A DNA stretch of 64,000 nucleotides from an uncultured Alphaproteobacteria bacterium (GCA_903821695.1 CAIJLX010000067.1:4956-68955), one strand, 5' to 3'; counted from the stretch's first letter, positions 48,459-58,614 are shown. Notes: a model not told the origin generated them from the sequence alone. Made by a program: numbers and translations.

Positions 48459-49421
48459 CTATTCTTTTGTGGTCGCTTTGCGTGATGGTTTTTTCTCAAC
48501 CACAACGTCTGCTACTTTTTTCGTAGCTGCTGCTTTGGTGCGTGCTTTTTTGTCAGTCGCAGCAAGTTCAGCTTCGGAAGCCGCAGCGTTTTTCGTCACA
48601 CGGTTTTTGCCATGGGCGATTTTCTTATCCTGCGGTGAGCTATCATTGGCTGCTGCTGGCAGATTTGCCGCAGCACCCAAATCAACGCCCGATGCATTGA
48701 GCGATTCGGAAATGCCCGAAAGCACCGCATCCGAAATCAGCTGGCAATACAGCGCGATCGCACGGGTAGCGTCATCGTTACCTGGAACTGGATAAGCGAT
48801 ACCATCTGGGTTCGAATTGCTATCCACAATTGCAACAACTGGAATGCCCAGTTTTGCAGCTTCTTGCAGAGCCAATTCTTCTTTCACGGTGTCGATGATG
48901 AAGATCAAATCAGGCTGTTTTGGCATGTCTTTAATGCCTCCCAATGAACGCTCCAATTTGTCGCGTTCGCGGGTCATTTGCAGCAATTCTTTCTTCGTAT
49001 AAACGCTGTTTTCTTCAATGCCTTCCTCGTTTACTTTCGTCGTGCTCAATTGCTCGTCGAGTTGTTTGAGGGTTTTGATCGACGCGGAAACGGTGTTCCA
49101 GTTGGTGAGCATTCCGCCCAACCAACGGTGGTTTACATAATATTGACCCGAGCGTTTTGCAGCTTCTGCGATCAAATCCGAAGCCTGGCGCTTTGTTCCA
49201 ACGAACAAAATACGGCCATTGCGTGCGGTTACATCTTGAACGGCTTTGAGGGCGCGATAGAGCATTGGAACGGTCTGTTGCAGATCGATTACATGGATCC
49301 CGTTGCGGATACCGAACAGGTATGGCGCCATTTTAGGGTTCCAGCGCATGGTTTTATGGCCGAAATGCACGCCGGCATCCAGCAATTCGCGGATATTGAA
49401 CATGGGTAGTGGTTGTGACAT
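48459..49421 (-). CDS. rpsB: 30S ribosomal protein S2 with a ~65-aa Ala/Lys-rich C-terminal extension
   Basis: 320 aa with a canonical S2 core ([21 protein letters not shown]). The tail ...[18 protein letters not shown]...[30 protein letters not shown] lies beyond the usual ~250-260 aa. Confidence 0.95.
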   Translation of the reverse strand: MSQPLPMFNIRELLDAGVHFGHKTMRWNPKMAPYLFGIRNGIHVIDLQQTVPMLYRALKAVQDVTARNGRILFVGTKRQASDLIAEAAKRSGQYYVNHRWLGGMLTNWNTVSASIKTLKQLDEQLSTTKVNEEGIEENSVYTKKELLQMTRERDKLERSLGGIKDMPKQPDLIFIIDTVKEELALQEAAKLGIPVVAIVDSNSNPDGIAYPVPGNDDATRAIALYCQLISDAVLSGISESLNASGVDLGAAANLPAAANDSSPQDKKIAHGKNRVTKNAAASEAELAATDKKARTKAAATKKVADVVVEKKPSRKATTKE

Positions 49422-49607
49422 CGTAGTTTTCCTTTATCGGTTAGACCTCCGCAAAGCTGAAAATCTCATCTCTGAGACACCGAAACGTGTTGCCACTCTC
49501 ATGGAAAAACGCTTACCTTGCGTGAGAAATTAGTTAAATTACCCCCAATTGGGGAAGTGCGTTATAGCCGATACCTGCCCGTTTGCAAGCGTTTTGAGGA
49601 GAAAAAC

Positions 49608-49793
49608 ATGACTTTGATACTACTATTATGCATGGGAATCACCCTGCTGATCCTCATCACCGGCCTCATCGTTATGATAAAGGGCGGAAAAGCAAACGAA
49701 AAATGGAGCAATAAGCTAATGACCCTGCGGGTTGCAGCCCAGGCAGTTTGCATCGGTTTAGTTGCGCTTATTTTCTTGTTTGGTAGACACTAA
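49608..49793 (+). CDS. Twin-TM small protein, HIG1-domain-like
   Basis: Preferred ATG at 49608 with a GAGGAG RBS. 61 aa with two TM helices and the motif IKGGKANEKWSNKLMTLRVAAQAV, resembling HIG_1_N family proteins of alphaproteobacteria and mitochondria. Confidence 0.65.
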   Translation: MTLILLLCMGITLLILITGLIVMIKGGKANEKWSNKLMTLRVAAQAVCIGLVALIFLFGRH

Positions 49794-49827
49794 ATCACTC
49801 TCACGTCGGTGAACGCTGGCATTGCCT

Positions 49828-50103
49828 TTATTTCCCCTTATTCTTGCATTCATCAGCATCTATATAGTCGTCAAGTTGATGAGCTTTTTTAAGTTTTATT
49901 AGATTCATATAATCACAATGCCCGATATGAATCCCCGCCTCTTTCCCATTGATATAGCCCTTCAAGTACAACAAACCAGCTAGTATCAAAACTAATATTA
50001 TTTCTGGAATTAATTTGCGCACAAATCCTTCTTTATTAGCTTCATCAATATGACGAAGACGGTTAACCAACGATTTTCGCGCCGGTTTTAGCAACCACTT
50101 CAT
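49828..50103 (-). CDS. Hypothetical single-TM protein (start uncertain)
   Basis: AT-rich ORF (track 49828-50199) whose 5' part overlaps the scoB 3' end. Possible starts are the ATG at 50103 or the TTG at 50070. TM segment [16 protein letters not shown]. Confidence 0.3.
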   Translation of the reverse strand: MKWLLKPARKSLVNRLRHIDEANKEGFVRKLIPEIILVLILAGLLYLKGYINGKEAGIHIGHCDYMNLIKLKKAHQLDDYIDADECKNKGK

Positions 50104-50692
50104 CCTTAGTGATACCATCAGCAATCGTATGAATTTTGAGGCCACCCGGAACAACATCAAAAATACCCAATTCTGTATAAATTCGATCCACGACCGCAAT
50201 ACCAGTTAGTGGTAGTGTGCACTTAGGGGCGAGTTTGGAGGTGCCGTCTTTGCTGGTGTGCTCCATTAATACGATGATGCGTTTGACACCGGCAACTAAA
50301 TCCATCGCACCGCCCATGCCTTTGACCATTTTACCAGGCACCATCCAATTGGCGAGATCGCCGGTTTCGGATACTTCAAGCGCACCCAAAATGGTCAAAT
50401 CAATATGCCCGCCACGAATCATCGCGAAGCTGGTTGCATGGTCAAAGAAGCTGCCACCTGGCTCAACCGTCACCGTTTGTTTGCCAGCATTGATTAAGTC
50501 AGCGTCAACATCCGCATCTTTTGGGAATGGACCCATGCCGAGTAAGCCGTTTTCGCTGTGGAAAGTAATGTCCATGCCTTTGGGAATATAGTTGGCCACC
50601 AATGTCGGCATACCGATGCCGAGATTGACATAATAACCATCCTGAAGCTCATTTTTTGCGGCTAATTCGCAGATTTGTTCGCGGGTCCACAT
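50063..50692 (-). CDS. scoB: Succinyl-CoA:3-ketoacid CoA-transferase subunit B
   Basis: 209 aa with [10 protein letters not shown] (catalytic Glu region). Confidence 0.93.
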   Translation of the reverse strand: MWTREQICELAAKNELQDGYYVNLGIGMPTLVANYIPKGMDITFHSENGLLGMGPFPKDADVDADLINAGKQTVTVEPGGSFFDHATSFAMIRGGHIDLTILGALEVSETGDLANWMVPGKMVKGMGGAMDLVAGVKRIIVLMEHTSKDGTSKLAPKCTLPLTGIAVVDRIYTELGIFDVVPGGLKIHTIADGITKDEVVAKTGAKIVG

Positions 50693-50693
50693 A

Positions 50694-51392
50694 TTATGCG
50701 CTCACCGTTCTGCGCTCGATGCGCTTTTCGAATTGGGTGCCTTTGAAGATGCGTTGGACGAAAATGCCGGGGGTGTGGATGTGATCAGGATCTAGATATT
50801 TCCCTTCGGGGAGCAATTCTTCCACTTCCGCTAAGGTAATTTTACCAGCCATCGCCATAATCGGATTAAAATTTTGAGCCGTTTTGCGATAAAGCAAATT
50901 GCCTTTGGTATCGCCTTTCCAGGCTTTGACGATGGAAATATCGGCTTTGAGCGCACGCTCCATCACATAGGTTTCGCCGTCAAATACTTTGGTTTCTTTG
51001 CCTTCGGTAACGACAGTGCCTACGCCAGTTTTGGTATAAAATGCAGGAATTCCTGCGCCGCCAGCGCGGATACGCTCAGCTAAAGTTCCCTGCGGATTAA
51101 ATTCTAATTCCAATTCTTTGTTTAAGAACTGGCGTTCGAATTCTTTGTTTTCGCCGACATAGGACGATAACATTTTTTTAATTTGGCGGGTTTGAAGCAA
51201 GATGCCTAAACCAAAATCATCCACACCGCAGTTATTGCTGATGAAGGTGAGGTTTTTTACTTTCGAATCGCGGATTGCCAAGATCGAATGTTCAGGAATA
51301 CCGCACAGACCGAAGCCACCAGCCATGATGGTGATGCCATCTTTCAAGATGCCTTCTAATGCTTTCTGCGCGTTGGGGTAGATTTTTTTCAT
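50694..51392 (-). CDS. scoA: Succinyl-CoA:3-ketoacid CoA-transferase subunit A
   Basis: 232 aa with [10 protein letters not shown] and typical subunit A sequence. Lies 1 nt upstream of scoB. Confidence 0.93.
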   Translation of the reverse strand: MKKIYPNAQKALEGILKDGITIMAGGFGLCGIPEHSILAIRDSKVKNLTFISNNCGVDDFGLGILLQTRQIKKMLSSYVGENKEFERQFLNKELELEFNPQGTLAERIRAGGAGIPAFYTKTGVGTVVTEGKETKVFDGETYVMERALKADISIVKAWKGDTKGNLLYRKTAQNFNPIMAMAGKITLAEVEELLPEGKYLDPDHIHTPGIFVQRIFKGTQFEKRIERRTVSA

Positions 51393-51481
51393 TGTTTGCT
51401 ATATATATCAGTCGTTTAAGGGAATTGCACGCGCAAATAATTGTGGCATTAATGCAACTCACTTAAAAAGAGTTTTTGAGG

Positions 51482-51496
51482 TTAACGATTTTTTAA
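51482..51496 (+). promoter_or_regulatory. CtrA-box-like site TTAA-N7-TTAA
   Basis: TTAACGATTTTTTAA read directly from the sequence, in the scoA/helical-repeat-gene intergenic region. Confidence 0.4.
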
Positions 51497-51578
51497 GAGG
51501 TACTACGCTTAAATGAAAAATGTCGGCAGGAATGTCGCAGAATTGGTAGAGAAAATTTAGCTAAAACCCAATCATTAG

Positions 51579-51610
51579 TTAACTTTTCATTAACATCTCT
51601 GTGTTATGAT
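51579..51610 (+). promoter_or_regulatory. Perfect CtrA box TTAA-N7-TTAAC overlapping a -35 position, with a TATGAT -10
   Basis: TTAACTTTTCATTAAC (51579-51594) matches the full CtrA consensus. TATGAT lies at 51605-51610. This geometry suggests a transcription start near 51617, which favours the ATG at 51647 as the start codon. Confidence 0.55.
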
Positions 51611-51646
51611 CGCTAAATGGAAACTGTTTTACAGAAGAGAACTTAT

Positions 51647-52765
51647 ATGGCTGAATTGTCGTTAGTGGATGTGATTAATCTAAAGAATAATCCCTCACGC
51701 GAATCGCGATTATTAGTAGCCGAAAAAGTCTGTGATCAATTTAATTCCCGCAATTTTACTGAAGAAGAAACGATTGTAGTCGCGGAAGTTTTCCGCCTGC
51801 TCGCCAAAGATGCCGAGGCGGTGATTCGCCAGGCGATGGCAGAAAAATTGAAACATAATTCCCGTTTGCCAGAAGATATCGCGTTTATGCTTGCCAATGA
51901 TGTGATGCAAGTGGCGCTGCCGATTCTACAATTCTCCCCTGCACTTTCCGAAAATGACCTAATAACGATCGTGCGTGGCACAAAGGAACTGGCCAAATTA
52001 TTGGCAATTACGCATCGCGATGTATTGACACCAGCGGTTTCGAAAGAGCTGCTCAATAAAAGACAAAGTATGATTGCTGAATCTTTATTACGCAATAAAG
52101 GTGCATTGATTGCAGAAGAAGATCTACAGCAAATTATACTGGATTATAGCCGCAATGAACCAATGCTTTCCGTATTGGTTGCACGTGACGATCTGCCTGC
52201 TTCGATCGCTGAAAAAATGTTGTCCATCGTAACCGGCGCACTCAAAGAAGAATTGATGAAAAAACATACGCAGGATGCGCATGTCATTAATGAAGCCGCT
52301 GACGAAGCACGCGAACAGGTTACCTTAAAATATGTGGCAATGCCTTCGGGTGCTGACCAAAAAAAGGAATTGGTGGATCATTTATACCGCTCGCAAAAAT
52401 TAAATTCCTCGATGGTGATTCGTTCGATTTGCCTTGGCGATTTGGATTTCTTCATTGCCAGCATGGCAAAATTAACCAACTGGAAAAAAGCACGTATCGA
52501 ACAGGCGATTAAAGATACTAACATGGAAGCGTTGCGCTTGCTCTATCGCACCGCCGGCTTCCCCGAAAGCATTCAAGATGCCACCTTGGCCGTGTTAATC
52601 CTGGTGTTGGATGAATTAAATAAGGGCCAAAAATCTGGCTCACCGGTATTAGCTGGGCGCATTATTGAGCGGGTCGTAGCTGCTGGTTATGACCGTTCCG
52701 TCAACAACATGTCCTATTTATTGACATTAGTTGGCAAGAAAACCTCAGTCGCCACCCTGCACTAG
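51647..52765 (+). CDS. Helical-repeat protein, DUF2336-like (paralog 1)
   Basis: Track ORF 51617-52765. About 372 aa, all-helical-looking. VAEVFRLLAKDAEAVIRQAMAEKLKHNSRLPEDIAFMLANDVMQVALPILQFSPALSENDL resembles alphaproteobacterial DUF2336 proteins (from memory). Confidence 0.85.
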   Translation: MAELSLVDVINLKNNPSRESRLLVAEKVCDQFNSRNFTEEETIVVAEVFRLLAKDAEAVIRQAMAEKLKHNSRLPEDIAFMLANDVMQVALPILQFSPALSENDLITIVRGTKELAKLLAITHRDVLTPAVSKELLNKRQSMIAESLLRNKGALIAEEDLQQIILDYSRNEPMLSVLVARDDLPASIAEKMLSIVTGALKEELMKKHTQDAHVINEAADEAREQVTLKYVAMPSGADQKKELVDHLYRSQKLNSSMVIRSICLGDLDFFIASMAKLTNWKKARIEQAIKDTNMEALRLLYRTAGFPESIQDATLAVLILVLDELNKGQKSGSPVLAGRIIERVVAAGYDRSVNNMSYLLTLVGKKTSVATLH

Positions 52766-52772
52766 ATTTGAT

Positions 52773-53903
52773 ATGATGAAAGCTATGAAATTAGATCATA
52801 ACGACGTTTCAAGCCTGCTGGCAGACAACACTCCGGCCAATCAAATTGGCGTGGTGGAAAAAATGTCTCATCAATATACCGACCAAAGCGGTGAGCCTTT
52901 TAATAGCGAACAATCCGTATTAGCCGAAGATATTTTCCGCCTGCTAATGAAAAACGCTGAAACACACGTGCGTGCCGCATTGGCGCAGAACCTAAAAACT
53001 GCCGGCAACGTACCGCGCGATATTATTCTGAGCATGGCGAAAGACGTGGAAGAAGTGAGTATGCCTGTGCTTACATTCTCGGATGTATTAACTGAAGCTG
53101 ATTTGCTCGAAATTATTCAAACCAGCACCGATGAAACCAAACATTTAGCAATTGCTGGCCGCCAAGTGGTCTCCGAAAAAATATCCGATGCGTTGGTGGA
53201 AACGGGCCGCGAAAATGTTGTGGCAAAACTGGTGAAAAACGAAGGTGCGGCGATTGCAGAAACCACCTTTAACAAAATCGTCGATCGCCACGCACAGAAT
53301 GAAGCGATCGTACAATCCATGATCGAGCGTGGTTCATTACCTATCGCGGTTGCGGAAAAGATGATGGAAAAAGTTTCCGGTGTGATCCGCGATAAACTGA
53401 AAGAAAAATACGAAGGCCAGCTGGATAGCTCCAAACTCAATAAAGTGGTGGAGCAAAGCTTAGAAGTTGCAACGCTCAAATTGATGGGCTTGAAAACGAC
53501 CGACAAGCAATTGGTTGGCCTCTTAAAATATCTCGGCGAAACCGGCAAACTTTCACCATTTACTGCGCTTTGTATGGGCGACTGGCATTTGTTTGAAGTG
53601 AGTATGTCGCGCTTAGCACGGGTGCCACTCAAAAACGTAAAACTCCTGCTTTCCGATAAAAGTGGCGAGGGTTTTCAATTACTTTACCTTAAGTCTGACC
53701 TACCAGAAAGCATGATGGAGGCAGTTGGACTTGCGGTCAAAGCGATGCTTGCTCTGGAGATGGCACAAAGTAACAATACGATCAAAATTATGCAGTTCAG
53801 CCCAGTAGAAGTGATGGAAAAAATGTCCGAACTTTCCGGCAAACAGGATGTTCCGAACGTGCATTATTTAATGACTATGATGCAGCACCATTTACGCGCA
53901 TAA
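52773..53903 (+). CDS. Helical-repeat protein, DUF2336-like (paralog 2)
   Basis: 376 aa. Collinear with paralog 1 (AEDIFRLLMKNAETHVRAALAQNLKTAGNVPRDIILSMAKDVEEVSMPVLTFSDVLTEADL). Starts 7 nt after paralog 1 ends. Confidence 0.85.
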   Translation: MMKAMKLDHNDVSSLLADNTPANQIGVVEKMSHQYTDQSGEPFNSEQSVLAEDIFRLLMKNAETHVRAALAQNLKTAGNVPRDIILSMAKDVEEVSMPVLTFSDVLTEADLLEIIQTSTDETKHLAIAGRQVVSEKISDALVETGRENVVAKLVKNEGAAIAETTFNKIVDRHAQNEAIVQSMIERGSLPIAVAEKMMEKVSGVIRDKLKEKYEGQLDSSKLNKVVEQSLEVATLKLMGLKTTDKQLVGLLKYLGETGKLSPFTALCMGDWHLFEVSMSRLARVPLKNVKLLLSDKSGEGFQLLYLKSDLPESMMEAVGLAVKAMLALEMAQSNNTIKIMQFSPVEVMEKMSELSGKQDVPNVHYLMTMMQHHLRA

Positions 53904-55155
53904 ATTTTCGCTTCACCAGCTTCGTCACCGGCAATGCTTCCACCTGCAACACCGCATCTTCCTTAAGCGGCGGCAAATTCACCGGATGTTCCATCAACTC
54001 TTCATATACATCCAATGTTGCTTCCGTCATCTTGGTAATCGGGAATTGCTCTTTCGCATGAGCAATGCACTCTTCCGCCATTTCCAAGCGCGCGGCTGGG
54101 CGCTTCAGCGCCGCTAATGCAATATCTAGCGTTTCGGTGAGCGCTTCTACATCCCCCGGCGTGACCAACCAGCCGGTGCGGCCAGGCAGAATGGTTTCCA
54201 AAAACCCACCATGGTTCGTTGCGATTACGGGTTTACCCATCGCTTGCGCTTCGATCGCCACTCGGCCAAAGGCCTCAGGTTCTAACGACATACAAGCCAC
54301 AAAACTCGCCACATGATAAGTGGCTGCCATGTCATAGGTATGTTTTACAATCCGCACGTTACCAACCAGGTCATATTCACGAATCATCTCTTCTAATTCT
54401 TCGCGGTAACTGGAGTGATTTTTATCATCGCCAATAATCAGGCAGAAGAAATTCCGGTGCGGTAATTTCTTTAAGCCTTCGAGCAAGAAGCTGTGACCTT
54501 TCCAGCGTGTCAGGCGTGCTGGCATCAAAATTACCGGCAGTTCGGATGGAATTTTCAAATAATGGAAGAGGCGCATCAGCCGTGCTTCCGTCATGTGGTT
54601 TACATCGAATGTTTCTAAGTCTACCCCACGCGGAATCATCACCAAGCGTTCGGGGTCGATCGAGTAATGATCCTTAATATGGCGTTCGATAAATTCCGAA
54701 ATCGCGATCACCCGTTCGCCTTTGGTCATAATCGCGTTGTAATGTTTTTTGAAGCGCCCTTCGAGGTTATAGGTGCCATGGAAAGTCGTTACCAAATGGC
54801 AGCCGGCATTTTTTGCGGCATAATATGCACTCCAGGCCGGCGCACGTGAGCGCACATGGATAATATCAACATTATGCTCCTGCACGATGCGCTCAATATG
54901 GCGAATATTGGTATAGATATTCCACGGGGTCTTGCGATTAAGCGGCAACGTAATATGTGTAATTCCCGCCTGCTCCAACTGCCGCACCAGCGAGCCGCCG
55001 GAGGAAGCAACCAGCGGGATCATCCCCCGCTCTTTCATCGCAATCGCCATCTCTACGGTTCCGCGCTCTACCCCGCCAGATTGCAAGGATGGGAGCAACT
55101 GTAAAACAGTCACTTTTTTTGTATTAGCAGTCGAATTTTTGCGGCGAATTGCCAT
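53875..55155 (-). CDS. Glycosyltransferase family 1 (GT-B, GT4-like)
   Basis: 426 aa. N-terminal VLQLLPSLQSGGVERG. The C-terminal EAFGRVAIEAQAMGKPVIATNHGGFLETI is the GT1 EX7E region. Confidence 0.88.
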   Translation of the reverse strand: MAIRRKNSTANTKKVTVLQLLPSLQSGGVERGTVEMAIAMKERGMIPLVASSGGSLVRQLEQAGITHITLPLNRKTPWNIYTNIRHIERIVQEHNVDIIHVRSRAPAWSAYYAAKNAGCHLVTTFHGTYNLEGRFKKHYNAIMTKGERVIAISEFIERHIKDHYSIDPERLVMIPRGVDLETFDVNHMTEARLMRLFHYLKIPSELPVILMPARLTRWKGHSFLLEGLKKLPHRNFFCLIIGDDKNHSSYREELEEMIREYDLVGNVRIVKHTYDMAATYHVASFVACMSLEPEAFGRVAIEAQAMGKPVIATNHGGFLETILPGRTGWLVTPGDVEALTETLDIALAALKRPAARLEMAEECIAHAKEQFPITKMTEATLDVYEELMEHPVNLPPLKEDAVLQVEALPVTKLVKRKFMRVNGAAS

Positions 55156-55283
55156 AAAGTTTTGAAGGTTAATCTGTTGAATCGTTTGCTTTTTCTACTC
55201 CCCTCCTATCCGAAATGCAAACGCAATTCGCGCAAATCGAATTGCTGCTTGAAGAAGGGGGTGGCCTATGGCACTCTCTTGGC

Positions 55284-56816
55284 ATGAAACTCTTGTGGAT
55301 TCTATGCCTTGCTCTCTTTTTGTCCCTGCCTTTAACCCTGGCAGCGCAAAATGCACCGCCACCCGGAGGTGCATATATCTCTATCGTTCCCCAAAACAAA
55401 TATCCTAACGGACAGAATGACCCCAATGTGGCCGGCGAATGCTTGCCGATTAAAAATGGCTGGGTGCCACCTGTTTTTGGCAAAGCCTGCCGGATTTATG
55501 CTCCGGGCAATTTATCCAATGGCAGCAGCGCTAGTAGTAGTGGCAGCAACACGAGTACCAGCGCCAGCACAAGTGCCGGCAGCGGCGCAGGCGCGAGTGG
55601 AAGTGGTAGCAGTAGTGGTGGCGTTGTTTGGAGAAATAGCGCTGCTGTCACGTTTGGTGCTAGCAGCGGCGGGCGGTGGGAACCAAACCCCAATGACAAT
55701 GGTGGTAGTAGCAGTAGTAGCAGCGGAGCAGATACGAGCAGCAGCGGCAGCACCAATAACCCCAATTGCCCAGTTCCCGGCACAGAAGATCCGATCCCTT
55801 GCGATGACAATGAAGAGTGCGCGAAAGATTGCGTGAATGGCACACCAATCTGCCTTGAATATGATGAGAATTGCGGATGCACTAAATGGGAAACGCCGCA
55901 AGATTGCCATTGTAAACCTAAATGCGATATTCCCGATCCGAATTATCCTTTCTGCTGTAAGGTCGCCGATAAATCTGGTTATCCTTGCCTAAAAGTGTGC
56001 ACGCTTCCGAGCGGTGATACAGTCGATATCGAACAAAACCCGCCTATCTGCAGAAAATTTTCTGAATGCTGCTATGGCAAACGTGAGGATGATGGCAGTA
56101 CTCCAAATTGCAGTAACAGTAGCATTCCTAGAAGCCCTAATTGCGATCCGGTCGAAACCGAACCCGGCGATCCGCGGGATTATTGTAAGATGAAGTGTGT
56201 AGATGTGTGCGAAGATAAGCAAGCAGTGCAGCGCACGAAAACTTCAAGCGATATTTTCCCTGAATGCTGTACACCGCCGATTCCTATCTCCATTGCCTGT
56301 GCTTGTTGTCGTGATGGAACCGCCAATAAACCTGCTTCGGATTATTGCGAATATTTCTTCCGTTTCTTTAGTTGTGATGATGCGACTCTTGCGTGCCCGA
56401 GTGATCCATCGCTCAACCAATGTGTGATGACAGTTGATAAAAAGAAGAATTGGGTAGAAGGTGACACCAGCCTGCCAGAATATGACCCGAACCATGATCC
56501 GTATTTGACCTTTGACCCGCGATTTAGCTTTTGCCAGGGTCAATGGAACAACCGTAATTGCCGCTATATCTGTCGTGGCCAAGGTATTTTGACCGGTAAA
56601 AATGCACCAACCATGGGCATCTGGGTGAAGGATTATATTGATAATAGCGGCAAACCGATTGAAAATAATTATGCCCTCGAAGTAGAAGGTAATTGTACAG
56701 ACGATCAAGGCCAGGCAAAGCCTATCCCTTGGCCACCGGGGAATCAGCACCAAGAAAAATGTGGTGACCCGATTAGCAGCAGTGGCAGCAGTGCTAGTAG
56801 CAGTAGCGGCCAATAG
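55284..56816 (+). CDS. Secreted cysteine-rich protein with Ser/Gly-rich tracts, no recognisable family
   Basis: Track ORF 55215-56816. I prefer the ATG at 55284, which gives the signal peptide MKLLWILCLALFLSLPLTLAAQN. There are 38 Cys after the signal peptide (hand count), 36 of them in a ~330-aa core, including the CC doublets FCC, SECC, PECC and ACC. It also has poly-Ser/Gly/Thr linkers and a Ser-rich C-terminus. Confidence 0.8.
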   Translation: MKLLWILCLALFLSLPLTLAAQNAPPPGGAYISIVPQNKYPNGQNDPNVAGECLPIKNGWVPPVFGKACRIYAPGNLSNGSSASSSGSNTSTSASTSAGSGAGASGSGSSSGGVVWRNSAAVTFGASSGGRWEPNPNDNGGSSSSSSGADTSSSGSTNNPNCPVPGTEDPIPCDDNEECAKDCVNGTPICLEYDENCGCTKWETPQDCHCKPKCDIPDPNYPFCCKVADKSGYPCLKVCTLPSGDTVDIEQNPPICRKFSECCYGKREDDGSTPNCSNSSIPRSPNCDPVETEPGDPRDYCKMKCVDVCEDKQAVQRTKTSSDIFPECCTPPIPISIACACCRDGTANKPASDYCEYFFRFFSCDDATLACPSDPSLNQCVMTVDKKKNWVEGDTSLPEYDPNHDPYLTFDPRFSFCQGQWNNRNCRYICRGQGILTGKNAPTMGIWVKDYIDNSGKPIENNYALEVEGNCTDDQGQAKPIPWPPGNQHQEKCGDPISSSGSSASSSSGQ

Positions 56817-56859
56817 CCTGCTTGTATTTTTACATGATTCTGTCTAAATCTGTCGGCCT

Positions 56860-57147
56860 ATGACCATTACACCTGAAATTGTTAAGAAAGTTGCCCGCCT
56901 CTCGCGCCTCTATTTGAGCGAGGCAGATGTCGCGCATTATACCCAAGAATTAAACGGGATTATGAACTGGATTGAGCAATTGCAGGAAGTAAATACCGAT
57001 GGTGTGGAACCAATGGCCGCCGTCGGCAATATGACCCTGCGTTATCGCGATGATGTGGTCAATGATGGCAACCAACAACAAGCCGTGCTCGCCAATGCGC
57101 CATCGTCTGATTATGGCTGTTTTGTTGTGCCGAAAGTGTTGGAATAA
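56860..57147 (+). CDS. gatC: Asp/Glu-tRNA amidotransferase subunit C
   Basis: 95 aa with VKKVARLSRLYLSEADVAHYTQELNGIMNWIEQL. Confidence 0.93.
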   Translation: MTITPEIVKKVARLSRLYLSEADVAHYTQELNGIMNWIEQLQEVNTDGVEPMAAVGNMTLRYRDDVVNDGNQQQAVLANAPSSDYGCFVVPKVLE

Positions 57148-58614
57148 ATGACCGCCCTCACCTCTCTCTCCATTAAAGAAGCCAGCGAAGGCTTAAAGAA
57201 AAAACAATTCTCGGCGAAGGAATTGGTAAACGCCTCGCTGACTGCTGTCGAAAATGCGAAGCATTTAAACGCCTTCATCGTCACCACCCCCGAAATCGCA
57301 CTCAAACAAGCCGCCGAAGCCGATGCCCGCATCGCCAAAGGCGAAGCCCGTTTGCTGGATGGCATTCCAATCGGCGTGAAAGATTTATTCTGCACCAAGG
57401 GCGTACTCAGCAGCTCTTGTTCAAAAATTTTAAAAGACTTCAAACCGCAATACGAATCCACCGTCACCACTAATTTATTTAACACTGGTGGCATCATGAT
57501 CGGCAAAACCAACATGGATGAATTCGCCATGGGTTCCGCCAACATCACCAGTTCTTATGGCAATGTGATCAACCCGTGGAAAAGCAAAAATTCGACCAAA
57601 GATTTAGTACCCGGCGGCTCGAGCGGAGGTTCCTCCGCCGCCGTCGCCGCACGTTTGGTGCAAGCTGCGCTTGGCTCCGACACTGGCGGCTCCATCCGCC
57701 AACCGGCTGCCTTCACCGGCACCACCGGTATTAAACCAAGCTATGGCAGATGCTCACGCTATGGCATGATCGCCTTCGCAAGTTCGCTTGATCAAGCCGG
57801 CCCACTCGCCCGCACAGTGGAAGATTGCGCATTAGTGTTAGAAGCTATCGCCGGCTTTGATGCGAAAGATTCTACCTCGCTCAACGCACCCGTGCCACAA
57901 TGGGCAAAAAATATAAATCCAAATTTAAAGGGCAAGAAAATCGGCATACCAAAAGAATATATGCCCGATGGTTTGAGTGCGGAATTGAAAGCATTGTGGG
58001 ACAAAGGCACCGAATGGCTGAAAGCTGCCGGCGCAGAAATTGTTCCCGTGTCACTGCCCCACACAAAATATGCACTCGCGACTTATTATATCGTAGCGCC
58101 CGCAGAAGCCTCCTCCAACCTCGCCCGCTTTGATGGCATGCGTTATGGTTTGCGCGTTACCGACGGCGTGAAATCGCTTGATGACATGTATGCAAAAACA
58201 CGGGCCGAAGGTTTTGGCGCGGAAGTGAAACGCCGGATTTTGATGGGAACCTATGTGCTTTCAGCTGGCTATTACGACGCCTATTACAAAAAAGCACAGC
58301 GTGTACGCGCCTTAATTTCGCGTGATTTCGAACAGGCATTTGAAAAAGTGGATGCACTACTCACACCAACCGCACCAACACCTGCTTTCGCCATCGGCGA
58401 AAAAATGGAAGATCCGTTGACGATGTATTTGAACGACGTGTTCACCGTTCCTGCAAGCCTAGCGGGCGTACCCGCAATGGCAGTTCCGGCTGGTTTATCG
58501 AGCGATGGTCTGCCACTTGGTTTGCAAATTATCGGCAAACTTTATGATGAGCAAACGGTGTTTGATGTATCACGTGCGATCGAGCTTGCAGCGAACTTCA
58601 CCGCCAAACCTTAA
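57148..58614 (+). CDS. gatA: Asp/Glu-tRNA amidotransferase subunit A
   Basis: 488 aa with the amidase signature [13 protein letters not shown] and [12 protein letters not shown]. Confidence 0.96.
   Translation: MTALTSLSIKEASEGLKKKQFSAKELVNASLTAVENAKHLNAFIVTTPEIALKQAAEADARIAKGEARLLDGIPIGVKDLFCTKGVLSSSCSKILKDFKPQYESTVTTNLFNTGGIMIGKTNMDEFAMGSANITSSYGNVINPWKSKNSTKDLVPGGSSGGSSAAVAARLVQAALGSDTGGSIRQPAAFTGTTGIKPSYGRCSRYGMIAFASSLDQAGPLARTVEDCALVLEAIAGFDAKDSTSLNAPVPQWAKNINPNLKGKKIGIPKEYMPDGLSAELKALWDKGTEWLKAAGAEIVPVSLPHTKYALATYYIVAPAEASSNLARFDGMRYGLRVTDGVKSLDDMYAKTRAEGFGAEVKRRILMGTYVLSAGYYDAYYKKAQRVRALISRDFEQAFEKVDALLTPTAPTPAFAIGEKMEDPLTMYLNDVFTVPASLAGVPAMAVPAGLSSDGLPLGLQIIGKLYDEQTVFDVSRAIELAANFTAKP

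Noticed and set aside
55169-55483. 104-aa minus-strand ORF in the GT1/Cys-rich-gene intergenic region
   Set aside because: It overlaps the signal-peptide region of the plus-strand gene and shows no RBS or motif. The plus frame is far better supported.
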